From an uncultured virus (IMG/VR IMGVR_UViG_3300023198_000771) (taxonomy: Duplodnaviria; Heunggongvirae; Uroviricota; Caudoviricetes; Crassvirales), in the IMG/VR virus record IMGVR_UViG_3300023198_000771: DNA of 64,000 nucleotides. One strand, written 5' to 3'. The translations under genes and the position numbers were made by a program. This document shows, piece by piece, positions 1 through 9,124 of the stretch (position 1 is its first letter; the number at the start of each line of letters is the position of its first letter). The notes under the pieces were generated by a model that searched no databases, was not told the origin of the DNA, and saw nothing but the letters and a program-made list of their open reading frames with translations.

Positions 1-32
1 GTAAGGAACGAGAAAAGCGAAGCCTTACTCCC

Positions 33-2009
33 ATGATGCAGTTTGAAGATTTAGGGATACAGACCAGAGCCGGTGCTGTACGATACGCCACGATATGTCC
101 GGAGTGCAACGATAAGCGAGAGAAGCACAAGGGGGCAAAGTGTTTGACGGTTAATGATGAACCTGATAACCGGTGGTATAAGTGTAATCATTGTGGTTGG
201 TCTGGCAATCTGGATGCACAGGGTCGGTATGAGGCTGTCAGGGAGAAGGCTAAAATCCCATCACAACAAAGGTCGTTTACGGCCAAAGTGAGTCAGTACA
301 TCAAAAACAGGGGTATCAGTATAAAGACTGCGAAGGAGGCCAAGTTATATGAGTTTCAGCGTGGACCTGCTACGATCATAGGATTTCCCATCTACATGAA
401 CCTTACACTGGTGAACGCTAAGTTCCTGGATATGGATTGGAAGAAGGAAAGCAAATATCCTAAGTGGACGCAGTTACCAAAGGATACCGGCACCAGGATC
501 ATACCGTTCGGTATGCAGAGTCTCAAAACCCATGATGATCAAGGAAACAAGTTCAATAACAATGTGCTGATCTGGACAGAGGGTGAGTGGGATGCACTCA
601 CATGGAAGGAGTGTGGGTATATCAATGTGATCTCAGTACCGCAGGGAGCGCCATCGTTAAAAGCCAAGGATTTCACAAAAGAGTTTGCCTATCTGCAAGA
701 CAAGTATGTGCAGAGTGTGTTGAAGGATATTGATATTCACTATCTGGCCGTAGATAATGATGCTGCAGGAATTAAGTTGAGGGGTCACATGGCTATGATA
801 CTGGGGAAGGAAAAGTGCAGGGTTATCAAGTACCCTACCGGATACAAGGATATTAACGAAGTATTCATTGGTGATGAGGGAAAGAATCTACCTGCCCTGT
901 TCAAGAAAGGGGTGGATGAGTGTTTCTTCAATTCCTCATCGGTACCTATTGCGGGTGTTGTCAAAGCATCCCATGTCAAGGAGGATCTGGAAAGGATCAG
1001 TAATGATGGATTTACTCCTGGATTTGGTATAGGTGTTCCGGAGGTTGATTTTCTTTTCACCGTCAAACCAAAGCTGATACAGTTTACAACCGGTGTCCCG
1101 GGTTCTGGAAAGAGCGTTTGGATGAGGTGGTGGTTGACTAAATTTATTCAGCACAATACTGAACTGGATGCAAAGTGGGCCTTGTTCACTCCAGAGAATA
1201 GACCGGTAGCCAGAGAATATGCCAAGATAGCCGAGGCACTAACTGGTCTGTCGTTTAGGAAGGGGCAAAAGAACAGTATGAGTGATGAGGTGAAGCGCAA
1301 GGCTCTGAACTTTATTGAGAAGCATTTCTTCATCATATCACCTGATAAGATGAACTACGAGAGTTTTGGAGGCAAGGTGGATCCCACGAAGCTAAATACC
1401 ATGGATGCGCTAATGCGCTATCTGGTGTACCTTAAAAAGACCGAGAACATATTTGGCTTTCTGATCGATGCCTGGAACAAGATTGAGCATGAGCAACCGA
1501 AGTGGCAGACTGAGACTGCGTTTATCAGTCAACAACTGGACCGGTTGGTAGATTTCAATGAATATTATGATGTGTTTGGAAATATCATTGTCCATCCCCG
1601 AAAGATTGAGATGGTGGGCGAGAACTACAAAATGCCTTCCCTGTATGATATTAAAGGATCCTCTGCATGGAAGGAGAAAGCAGACTATGGCCTCCTGATC
1701 CACCGGTACAAGATGAGGAAGATGACTGCAGCAAGAGCAGTTGAACTGGGCCTTGACTTTGGAGATCTGGACGAGGACGAGAAGTTTGAGGTGGTTCCGA
1801 AGGCTCCAACCATTGTGAGGACCGAGAAGATCCGGTTTGAGGAAACTGGTAATGAGAACAGGGTGAAGATGGAGATGAGTACCTGGGGCCAGTTTACTAT
1901 CGTTAATAAGAAGAAACAAGCAGCAGTTGAGGCTGCGGATCCCGATAACCGGATAGAGCAAAAAACAATCTTCGATGATGAAGATGCAGATGATGACTTA
2001 CCATTTTAA
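33..2009 (+). CDS. Bifunctional primase-helicase (T7 gp4/Twinkle-like)
   Basis: N-terminal Zn finger (CPEC...CNHC), Toprim motifs TEGEWDAL and DNDAAG, Walker A GVPGSGKS, helicase motif YDIKGS, acidic DDLPF tail. Confidence 0.92.
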   Translation: MMQFEDLGIQTRAGAVRYATICPECNDKREKHKGAKCLTVNDEPDNRWYKCNHCGWSGNLDAQGRYEAVREKAKIPSQQRSFTAKVSQYIKNRGISIKTAKEAKLYEFQRGPATIIGFPIYMNLTLVNAKFLDMDWKKESKYPKWTQLPKDTGTRIIPFGMQSLKTHDDQGNKFNNNVLIWTEGEWDALTWKECGYINVISVPQGAPSLKAKDFTKEFAYLQDKYVQSVLKDIDIHYLAVDNDAAGIKLRGHMAMILGKEKCRVIKYPTGYKDINEVFIGDEGKNLPALFKKGVDECFFNSSSVPIAGVVKASHVKEDLERISNDGFTPGFGIGVPEVDFLFTVKPKLIQFTTGVPGSGKSVWMRWWLTKFIQHNTELDAKWALFTPENRPVAREYAKIAEALTGLSFRKGQKNSMSDEVKRKALNFIEKHFFIISPDKMNYESFGGKVDPTKLNTMDALMRYLVYLKKTENIFGFLIDAWNKIEHEQPKWQTETAFISQQLDRLVDFNEYYDVFGNIIVHPRKIEMVGENYKMPSLYDIKGSSAWKEKADYGLLIHRYKMRKMTAARAVELGLDFGDLDEDEKFEVVPKAPTIVRTEKIRFEETGNENRVKMEMSTWGQFTIVNKKKQAAVEAADPDNRIEQKTIFDDEDADDDLPF

Positions 2010-2018
2010 ATCAAAACT

Positions 2019-2180
2019 ATGGACGAATTAAGAAAACAGGCAGAAAAAGTAACAGATCTCTATGTGAATATGAAGGAGGCGTTTCCTTACGCCCCTCACA
2101 GGGAACTGATGATATTGGCTGTAATGGCAGGAATCAAGGATGCGGAGGGATTTGTTGCTCTCAGGAAGGAGAAACCATGA
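2019..2180 (+). CDS. Small hypothetical protein (53 aa)
   Basis: Read by eye: MDELRKQAEKV...RKEKP*; fills the gap and overlaps the next start (ATGA). Confidence 0.6.
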   Translation: MDELRKQAEKVTDLYVNMKEAFPYAPHRELMILAVMAGIKDAEGFVALRKEKP

Positions 2181-2431
2181 AAGTACAAGGCAGAGGAATA
2201 CTAATAAAGCCGGACGAGAACCCGGAGAAAACAAAGGGTGGCATAATCAATCCTATTGTGAAGGAACAACCCAACACCGGTCTTGTGGTGCAGGTAGGGG
2301 ATGGTTGCGAGATCTGTACTGCCGGTGATAGGATCCAGTACAAGCGCAAGGGTGCCAGTATAATCTACTTAGAGGATGTGGAACACCATTTCATCATTGA
2401 GGAACAAATATTTTTCAACCATGGTAAATGA
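2177..2431 (+). CDS. groES: Co-chaperonin GroES/Cpn10
   Basis: EKTKGGII mobile loop, GLVVQVGDG, GDRIQY; 84 aa. Confidence 0.9.
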   Translation: MKVQGRGILIKPDENPEKTKGGIINPIVKEQPNTGLVVQVGDGCEICTAGDRIQYKRKGASIIYLEDVEHHFIIEEQIFFNHGK

Positions 2432-2840
2432 TTGGGCAGCAGCCGAAGAGTTGCAGATGTTCACAGAACTGTTTTTGGATCCTTCAACGAAGAAGGTATT
2501 GGAAGCCCGTAAGATCCTGGAAGATCCAAATTACAAGTGGAAGAAGGGAGAGAAGGACAGAGCCAAGGCTAAGTTTGCGAGGATTGAGGGAGAAAATATC
2601 AATCTGCACAGGTTTGTCAGCGCAGTTCGGAACCTCATCGATCAACATGAGGCGCAGACGGATATGCTGACGGAGATCTATTCTGAGTGGTATCAGAAGA
2701 TTGCCACAGAGGGAGCGCAGCCGTTGGAGATAATGAGTAGGCAGTACGATATTATACAAACCATGTGGGCCAGAATTTATGCAGCGATTGAGCCGTTGAA
2801 TCTTAAACTGGATCCACCTAAACAAATCGAAAAGCTATGA
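2421..2840 (+). CDS. Hypothetical helical protein
   Basis: ORF in operon; start moved to ATG 2421 (MVNDW). Confidence 0.7.
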   Translation: MVNDWAAAEELQMFTELFLDPSTKKVLEARKILEDPNYKWKKGEKDRAKAKFARIEGENINLHRFVSAVRNLIDQHEAQTDMLTEIYSEWYQKIATEGAQPLEIMSRQYDIIQTMWARIYAAIEPLNLKLDPPKQIEKL

Positions 2841-3367
2841 AACAAACAGCAGTAATGATCGTAGTATTACTCCTTGCCACGGTAGGGAGTACGGCACAGA
2901 CTTATCAGAGAACTTTCAGAGAGAAACCACCGGCAGCTATCTATCTGGCCTATCAGCCGTGGGATCATGGCCTTGGGATCCGTGGGGATTACCATATCAA
3001 TCACTGGGCGGGGGTCTATGGATCCGCTTCCTATGGGAAGTGGGGTCTGTACAAGATGTCTGGCCTGGGTGAACACATGAAGTTAACGGCAGGGATCTTC
3101 ATCCCGTACAAAGACTATGCCGGCGGTCAGTTTGATTGGACCGTTGGCCTTAACTATCACAAGGTATGGGGTGAGATCGTGGAGAGTGAATATTTCAAAG
3201 ACGATCCTGTGTTTCACAATCCCTGGTCCTTTGAGTTGGGACTTACCTGTAAGCTGAAGCGGTTCGCTATCGGGTGCAGGACAGATATTCTCCGGTGGGA
3301 GCCTTGCATCGATGTAGGGATACCGTTGAGGCAAAGTGACTATAATAAGCATAAAAGGAGAAGGTAA
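2837..3367 (+). CDS. Secreted/outer-membrane beta-barrel-like protein
   Basis: Sec signal peptide (MKQTAVMIVVLLLATVGSTA-Q), alternating aromatic/Gly beta-strands. Confidence 0.5.
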   Translation: MKQTAVMIVVLLLATVGSTAQTYQRTFREKPPAAIYLAYQPWDHGLGIRGDYHINHWAGVYGSASYGKWGLYKMSGLGEHMKLTAGIFIPYKDYAGGQFDWTVGLNYHKVWGEIVESEYFKDDPVFHNPWSFELGLTCKLKRFAIGCRTDILRWEPCIDVGIPLRQSDYNKHKRRR

Positions 3368-3660
3368 TGGCGAACGATAGCTTAAAAGAAATGGTAAATA
3401 ACTTGGCCGAGGGCCTTGTTGAATCGGTTATGATAGCGATGGCCGAGGAAGGAATGAAACATAAAGCAGGTGATCTCTCTAAACTTGATATAGTGGTTGC
3501 TACTGGCGAAGTAGAATCACCAATAAGCGGAAAATCATATCAACTTCAGATTTCTTTAGTTGTAAACAAAAATCTCTGGTTAGGCGAAAGAACCGTAGGG
3601 TTTCGTGACACAGTTGGTAGCTTTATGGTTGATAATGACTTAGACGAAAATCAAAACTAA
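3367..3660 (+). CDS. Hypothetical protein
   Basis: ORF coupled by TAATG overlap. Confidence 0.65.
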   Translation: MANDSLKEMVNNLAEGLVESVMIAMAEEGMKHKAGDLSKLDIVVATGEVESPISGKSYQLQISLVVNKNLWLGERTVGFRDTVGSFMVDNDLDENQN

Positions 3661-3661
3661 T

Positions 3662-4762
3662 ATGAGGAAAGATCTTGAAATCTACACGATACCTCATCAT
3701 ACCGAGGAATGGTATGAGTTCCGGAAAAGAGGTATTGGAGGCTCTGAGATGGGAACAGTGCTTGGTATCAACAAGTACGATACGGCTGTCCGGCTGTTCC
3801 ATGAGAAGATAGGATCCATTGAACCCAGGCGTGAGGATAACGAGCGTATGTTTTGGGGTAGGACCAATGAGGCCAACATAGCAGATGTTTGGCAGTATTA
3901 CGATGGTACCAAGGATGGATACGTGGAAAACTATGTCAATAAGAAGATTGTCCGTAAATGCAGGAGCGTGAACGGGTATATCGTCAATCCTAAATATCCA
4001 TGGTTGTTTGGATCCTTGGACCGTGTTATTAACATCGAAGGAGGATTCAATATGATCACCGGAGAACCATTGGAGATGGAGGGGATCCTTGAGTGCAAGA
4101 ACATGAGTTACTGGGTAAGCCAGATGTGGGAAGATGGGATCCCAATCTATCACCTTGCACAGATCCACACATACATGGCCATATTGGAAGCTGATTATGC
4201 AGAGGTAGTCATGCTTGTTGATGGGGGTAATTTGCAAGTGGAGAAGATTATGCGAGATGAGGCCCTTATTGAGAGGATCCTGACCATATCGAAGGCGTTC
4301 TGGTACAATCGGGTGGTCCCAGGGCAGGAGGCCATAGATAAGCGTAATATGGCAGAAGTGGATGGTAATATTGCTGAGAGCGAGAAATGGGAGGGAGAGG
4401 TGCAGCGATTTGAGCCGGATCCAGATGATTCTGAAGCCTACAAAGATTTCATGGAGGAAAAGTTCCTGAAGGTCCGGGAAACCGTGGACGGCACCATGCA
4501 GATGTATGCACTGGCCAAGCGTGACAAGTTCCTAAGAGCATTTATCAACAGGATTGACAAGGAGAGAACCGGCATTAAGAATAATTTCATTCAATTCCTC
4601 AGTAACTACGGTGCAGAGAGCGTTGACTTTGGCAAGTTGGGTGTGGTAAACTGGTCCTTCCGTAAGGGAGCCAAGAGCCGCACATTTAATAATAGGGTAA
4701 AGGAGAAGCCGGAGGATGACTATATCGACACAGAGTTTGAAAAATTAGATGATAATTTCTAA
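3662..4762 (+). CDS. YqaJ/lambda-type exonuclease
   Basis: EWYEFRKRGIGGSE, GSLD, ILECK, Q..Y motifs. Confidence 0.9.
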   Translation: MRKDLEIYTIPHHTEEWYEFRKRGIGGSEMGTVLGINKYDTAVRLFHEKIGSIEPRREDNERMFWGRTNEANIADVWQYYDGTKDGYVENYVNKKIVRKCRSVNGYIVNPKYPWLFGSLDRVINIEGGFNMITGEPLEMEGILECKNMSYWVSQMWEDGIPIYHLAQIHTYMAILEADYAEVVMLVDGGNLQVEKIMRDEALIERILTISKAFWYNRVVPGQEAIDKRNMAEVDGNIAESEKWEGEVQRFEPDPDDSEAYKDFMEEKFLKVRETVDGTMQMYALAKRDKFLRAFINRIDKERTGIKNNFIQFLSNYGAESVDFGKLGVVNWSFRKGAKSRTFNNRVKEKPEDDYIDTEFEKLDDNF

Positions 4763-4765
4763 GCT

Positions 4766-4900
4766 ATGGACATAAAAACATTAAATGAGGTGTACAAACT
4801 TGGTGACAAGGAACTGATTGACTATGAGCATGGCCTTTTTGTGCATCATGCCCTTGTGAGGGATGAGAGGCGCAGGAGACATTTGCTACCTAAAAGATAG
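4766..4900 (+). CDS. Small hypothetical protein (44 aa)
   Basis: Read by eye: MDIKTLNEVYKL...LLPKR*; fills the intergenic space. Confidence 0.5.
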   Translation: MDIKTLNEVYKLGDKELIDYEHGLFVHHALVRDERRRRHLLPKR

Positions 4901-4903
4901 GAA

Positions 4904-5209
4904 ATGATGGACACAGAAGATTGGAAAGAGTTTCAGAAAAAAGGCAAGGAGATCCGCAGGGGCCGGTTGCAGAGGCACCAGAAAGCTATCCTCCATTTTG
5001 CCTTGAACAAAGGGTTATCCCACAAGTATGTCCAGGAGTGGCAGATCAGGATCTCTAACGGCACAACAACCATGGACTTGTATCCACAGGCAAAGAGGTA
5101 TCATAACATCACAACAGGGAAGCGTGGAGATTATCACCATCTCAAAGGGTTTCTAAACTCAATATTCGGCAATGAAACAAGAGGTAACAGCGCAAAAGGT
5201 CCTGGGTGA
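4904..5209 (+). CDS. Hypothetical protein
   Basis: ORF in operon. Confidence 0.65.
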   Translation: MMDTEDWKEFQKKGKEIRRGRLQRHQKAILHFALNKGLSHKYVQEWQIRISNGTTTMDLYPQAKRYHNITTGKRGDYHHLKGFLNSIFGNETRGNSAKGPG

Positions 5210-5537
5210 ATTAGTGGCCCTGGGATTGGTGAGTGAAAAACATGAGGCGATATTTTGGGACTATTTGCATTGTGTTTGGGCGGCAGGGTATGACGAGGGC
5301 CGGTTGCAGTACGTTAAGCGGAAGCCGATTGCTCAGTTGGATAGGCAAGGTAAGTTGATTAAGATATGGCCCAGTTGCGTTGAGGCTGCACGATTTTATA
5401 ATATGAACAAAACAAGCATCAGTAAAGCTGCACTTGGGAAAACCAAATCGGGGATCTCCGCAGGTTTCAGATGGAAATACATAGAAGATGGCAAGACAGA
5501 TGACCGTGGTGAGTATGTTGGAACCTTCGATGGATAA
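5172..5537 (+). CDS. NUMOD1-type DNA-binding domain protein
   Basis: KPIAQLDRQGKLIKIWPSCVEAAR...ISKAALG...SAGFRWKY. Confidence 0.75.
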   Translation: MKQEVTAQKVLGELVALGLVSEKHEAIFWDYLHCVWAAGYDEGRLQYVKRKPIAQLDRQGKLIKIWPSCVEAARFYNMNKTSISKAALGKTKSGISAGFRWKYIEDGKTDDRGEYVGTFDG

Positions 5538-5790
5538 TGAAGGCAACCTACTCGATAAAGAAGGAGAGATCATCGATCCCTCCAAGAAAACTAAGAAGGT
5601 CCGGGAACCTGCCTTTGTGGAGCAGATGTATTACCTGTTGCACTGGGGGCTGACCTACGAGATCCTGATAGACAATCAGCAAAGATTTCCGGTGACCTAC
5701 ACCGTGGGGATCTGTCAGCATATCAAGACCGGAGTAATAAAGACAGTTTTTCCGCAAGAACTAACCGTAATAGGAAAGGAGATGGTATGA
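5488..5790 (+). CDS. Hypothetical protein
   Basis: ORF in operon, ATGA overlap with rusA. Confidence 0.65.
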   Translation: MARQMTVVSMLEPSMDNEGNLLDKEGEIIDPSKKTKKVREPAFVEQMYYLLHWGLTYEILIDNQQRFPVTYTVGICQHIKTGVIKTVFPQELTVIGKEMV

Positions 5791-6224
5791 GTTTCTACGA
5801 CATTGAGTTCAAAGTACCTGGTAACCCCAAAGCCTTAAAGCGGCACCGGTCATTCCAGAAGGGTAAATTCAAGGGAACCTATGATCCCTCAGAAGGAGAT
5901 AAGGCAGACTTCCTGGTGAAGTGTATGGCCAATAAACCGGACACTCCACTGGATGAGCCATTATCCGTGACACTGACGTTCTGTTTCCCACGGCCAAAGA
6001 GCCATTACAGGACAGGTGCTATGGCGCATTTAATGAAAGATGTGGCTCCCAAGTGGCATACAGGCACACCAGACACAGATAACCTTCTAAAATTCGTCTG
6101 TGACTCTCTGAACGGGATCTTCTGGAAGGATGATTCACGTATCTGCCATTCAACTCAGTCCAAGATCTATGGACATGAGGGGTACATTTTGATTCAAATC
6201 ACCAAACTCAACAAATTCAAATAG
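5787..6224 (+). CDS. rusA: RusA Holliday junction resolvase
   Basis: PDTDNLLKFVCDSLNGIFWKDDSRI signature. Confidence 0.92.
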   Translation: MSFYDIEFKVPGNPKALKRHRSFQKGKFKGTYDPSEGDKADFLVKCMANKPDTPLDEPLSVTLTFCFPRPKSHYRTGAMAHLMKDVAPKWHTGTPDTDNLLKFVCDSLNGIFWKDDSRICHSTQSKIYGHEGYILIQITKLNKFK

Positions 6225-6226
6225 CT

Positions 6227-6487
6227 ATGAAACTAACTATGTCACAAGAGAAGAGGGTTCTGGTTGAATCGCTGTTGGAAAATGACAGCAAACCAAACCA
6301 CGATCATTCAAAATCTCACTGGAAACAACACGTTTTCATGGATCCCACAACACTTACCTGCTATTATAACGATCAAGTTATTAGGTATGGCACATTGAAT
6401 GTTCTGATCGTCAACGGCACATTACATTATGATGGCACCGAACGACACCAGGATATTATGATGTTACGTTATTCACTCTTTAATTAA
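6227..6487 (+). CDS. Hypothetical protein
   Basis: ORF in operon. Confidence 0.6.
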   Translation: MKLTMSQEKRVLVESLLENDSKPNHDHSKSHWKQHVFMDPTTLTCYYNDQVIRYGTLNVLIVNGTLHYDGTERHQDIMMLRYSLFN

Positions 6488-6491
6488 AGCT

Positions 6492-7370
6492 ATGGCTAAG
6501 AGAGATGAATTTACCCGTACCTGGATCAAGGCTAATGCCCTTGAGGAGATCCAGAACTATGAGAAAGGGATCCTCACCATCCGGGGGTTACACTACCGGC
6601 TTGTGTCCCGGGGAATGACTAATTCCATTCAACACTACAAAAGAGTCGTATCGGCTATGATAGAGGCCCGATGGGAGGGGTCTGTTGACTTTGATACCTT
6701 CTCCGACAATGACAGGGAGATGATTGGTGAAACAGAGTTTGAAATGACCGTATTGGAAGATAAGGTGGAGCGCACCATGGGCAGCATCCGGTACTGGATG
6801 CAGAACTACGATAAGAACCGGTGGGAGAATCAGCCATACTATCCGGAGGTATTCATTGAGAAGAAGGCCCTGCAAGGAGTGTTCGGTCAGACTTGCGAAG
6901 ATTGGGATGTGGCGTTAGGTGCCTGTAAGGGGTACCCGTCACTTACATTTCTCAATGAGGCTCATCTCAGGTTCATTGATGCCTTCAACAAGGGATTCAA
7001 TCCCATTATCCTATACTTCGGTGACTACGATCCATCCGGTGAGGATATTCCCAGGAGCATAGAGGCGAACCTTCACCGGTTGGGGATCGAGGTTGAGGTC
7101 CGGAGGATTGCGCTCATGGAGTCAGATGTTATTGAGAGAGGGTTGCCACCGGCACCTATCAAGGATGGTGATTCAAGATCTGCCAACTGGGAAGGAATTG
7201 GACAGGTGGAACTGGATGCCGTTGAACCTAATGAGTTGCAGAATATGTGCGATCAGGCTCTACGTGAGATCTTCGATCATAAACTGTATCAGCAATTACT
7301 GGCACAGGAGAGAGAAGAAAAGGCCAAGTACAAAACCGAGGTAAAAAAATTAGTTAACGAAATCGAATAG
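6492..7370 (+). CDS. Topoisomerase VI subunit A/Spo11-like WHD-Toprim protein (Mini-A-like)
   Basis: TIRGLHYRL winged helix with Tyr, VFIEKKAL, CKGYPS, YFGDYDPSGEDI, ELDA. Confidence 0.75.
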   Translation: MAKRDEFTRTWIKANALEEIQNYEKGILTIRGLHYRLVSRGMTNSIQHYKRVVSAMIEARWEGSVDFDTFSDNDREMIGETEFEMTVLEDKVERTMGSIRYWMQNYDKNRWENQPYYPEVFIEKKALQGVFGQTCEDWDVALGACKGYPSLTFLNEAHLRFIDAFNKGFNPIILYFGDYDPSGEDIPRSIEANLHRLGIEVEVRRIALMESDVIERGLPPAPIKDGDSRSANWEGIGQVELDAVEPNELQNMCDQALREIFDHKLYQQLLAQEREEKAKYKTEVKKLVNEIE

Positions 7371-7372
7371 CT

Positions 7373-7738
7373 ATGAGCAAGGAAAAAGAAGATTTTAGAG
7401 AATTTGTCAGTCCGAGAGTGGCCGGGACAGTGGAAGCTGCCGGGGTACTTTACGGCAAGGGTCACAGGATCCACGATAAGATGGAGGAACTGGAAGCTGC
7501 CCAGGAAAAAATGAAGCAGAACAAGGCCGTCCGGACTTGGGGCCTCCGCTTTGAGACAGACAGTATGCAGGTTATCACTCTCAGCAGCAAGGATGAGTTG
7601 AGCGCAGAGATATGGGAAGCTACCCTGCAATACCTAACCCTACTTGAGGCTATCCACTACTCAGAGAGAAAGCAAGCAATTATCGATTTTAATAATTCAC
7701 TTAAAAAAGCAGACGATGGCAGCAGTACAGAAAAATGA
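7373..7738 (+). CDS. Hypothetical protein
   Basis: ORF in operon. Confidence 0.65.
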   Translation: MSKEKEDFREFVSPRVAGTVEAAGVLYGKGHRIHDKMEELEAAQEKMKQNKAVRTWGLRFETDSMQVITLSSKDELSAEIWEATLQYLTLLEAIHYSERKQAIIDFNNSLKKADDGSSTEK

Positions 7739-8021
7739 GTTCGATATTTCCGGCAAGGTATTATTTGTAGGGATGCCTATCTTCTACACAGACAAGATGA
7801 GTAAGCGAATACTGGTCCTGGAAGTGTGGGTAGATGGTAAGTATAAGCAAGAGGTCCCGTTCGATTACGTGAACGACAAGATGGATCTCATGAACAACAT
7901 CCGGATCAATGATTGGGTGAATGTTGATTTCATCCTGAGAGGCCGTAAGAAGATCCAGGAAAATGGGAAGGCGGTTTGGTATAGTAACAATGAAGGTATC
8001 ACCTGTGTAAAGCAAGACTGA
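7716..8021 (+). CDS. DUF3127 family OB-fold (SSB/PriB-like) protein
   Basis: FDISGKV...KRILVLE...V.VDFILRGRK...WYSNN; typical of Bacteroidota; start at ATG 7716. Confidence 0.75.
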   Translation: MAAVQKNEFDISGKVLFVGMPIFYTDKMSKRILVLEVWVDGKYKQEVPFDYVNDKMDLMNNIRINDWVNVDFILRGRKKIQENGKAVWYSNNEGITCVKQD

Positions 8022-8022
8022 A

Positions 8023-8385
8023 ATGGAGAGCCGGTACGATGAAATGTATAAACAGGTAGCAGAGTTTCATAAAGAACATCCGGAGGTTTGGGATCTGTTT
8101 AAGAAGTTCACCTTTGAGAAGATCAAGCAGGGGTTTAAGAATTATGGGGCCAGAAATATTATTGAACGGATTCGGTGGGAAACAGATAAACCCAATGAGC
8201 AGGGGGTTGGAACCTTCAAGATCAATAATAACTACCATCCTTTCTATGCGAGAAGATTTATGAGGAAATTTCCAGAGCATGAAGGTTTTTTCAGGACCCG
8301 GGAGCAGATCAGTAAGAAGCAACCGGCCACTAATCTTCCGGAACTGGGACCAGATGATCATCCATATACAAACCAAGATGAGTAG
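8023..8385 (+). CDS. Conserved phage hypothetical protein
   Basis: ERIRWET...FKINNNYHPFYAR...FFRTR pattern recalled from phage proteins; function unknown. Confidence 0.7.
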   Translation: MESRYDEMYKQVAEFHKEHPEVWDLFKKFTFEKIKQGFKNYGARNIIERIRWETDKPNEQGVGTFKINNNYHPFYARRFMRKFPEHEGFFRTREQISKKQPATNLPELGPDDHPYTNQDE

Positions 8386-8953
8386 CGGAGAAAAAATCAA
8401 ACTGGAAAAGGCTATGAACGTGGCCAGACGATTCCTTGCACTGGTTGATCCTTTCATTGTGAAGGGTGAGATGGCCGGTAGTGTCCGGAGAGGGTGCGGG
8501 TTGGTAGGCGATATTGAGATCGTTGTTGTTGAGGATCCATTCAACAGCATTGATAACCTCTTTCACGATAAGTACCCAGGCATGGTAGTCAATGGGCCAC
8601 GGTTGAAGCGATTCAAGTATCCCAAAGACAAGATCCAGGTGGAATTATACATTGCACAGGCGCATGACTACGGGAGGATCCTTGCGATCAGGACCGGATC
8701 CAGTGCGTACAGCCACAGCCAACTGGCTGTCCAATGGAACAGATTAGGGTGGTGTGGAACCTCTTTAGGGTTGAGGCGCAAGTCGGAGTGTGATAAAAAA
8801 AGCACCTGGAAGGTAAAACCAGAGTTTAAGGGGAAAGAAACCAAACCCCCAATATTTAATACAGAGTATGATTTCTTTGATTTCCTGCAGATCCCATGGA
8901 TACCTCCGGGGGAGAGGAATTGGAAGAGTAAACACAATGAGTTAAACTATTAA
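8378..8953 (+). CDS. Minimal DNA polymerase X-family nucleotidyltransferase
   Basis: AGSVRRG..VGDIEIV, RTGS, LQIPWIPPGER; start at ATG 8378. Confidence 0.85.
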   Translation: MSSGEKIKLEKAMNVARRFLALVDPFIVKGEMAGSVRRGCGLVGDIEIVVVEDPFNSIDNLFHDKYPGMVVNGPRLKRFKYPKDKIQVELYIAQAHDYGRILAIRTGSSAYSHSQLAVQWNRLGWCGTSLGLRRKSECDKKSTWKVKPEFKGKETKPPIFNTEYDFFDFLQIPWIPPGERNWKSKHNELNY

Positions 8954-8993
8954 TCTTAAAATTTACATTATGAAAAAGAACATTGGAATTTTA

Positions 8994-9093
8994 NNNNNNN
9001 NNNNNNNNNNNNNNNNNNNNNNNNNNNNNNNNNNNNNNNNNNNNNNNNNNNNNNNNNNNNNNNNNNNNNNNNNNNNNNNNNNNNNNNNNNNNN
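8994..9093. other. Scaffold gap (100 N) flanked by an identical 55-bp duplication (8939-8993 = 9094-9148)
   Basis: Seen directly. Confidence 0.95.
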
Positions 9094-9124
9094 GAGTTAA
9101 ACTATTAATCTTAAAATTTACATT

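Noticed and set aside
6492..7370. Wadjet (JetABCD) defence system
   Set aside because: No SMC/MukBEF-like genes adjacent
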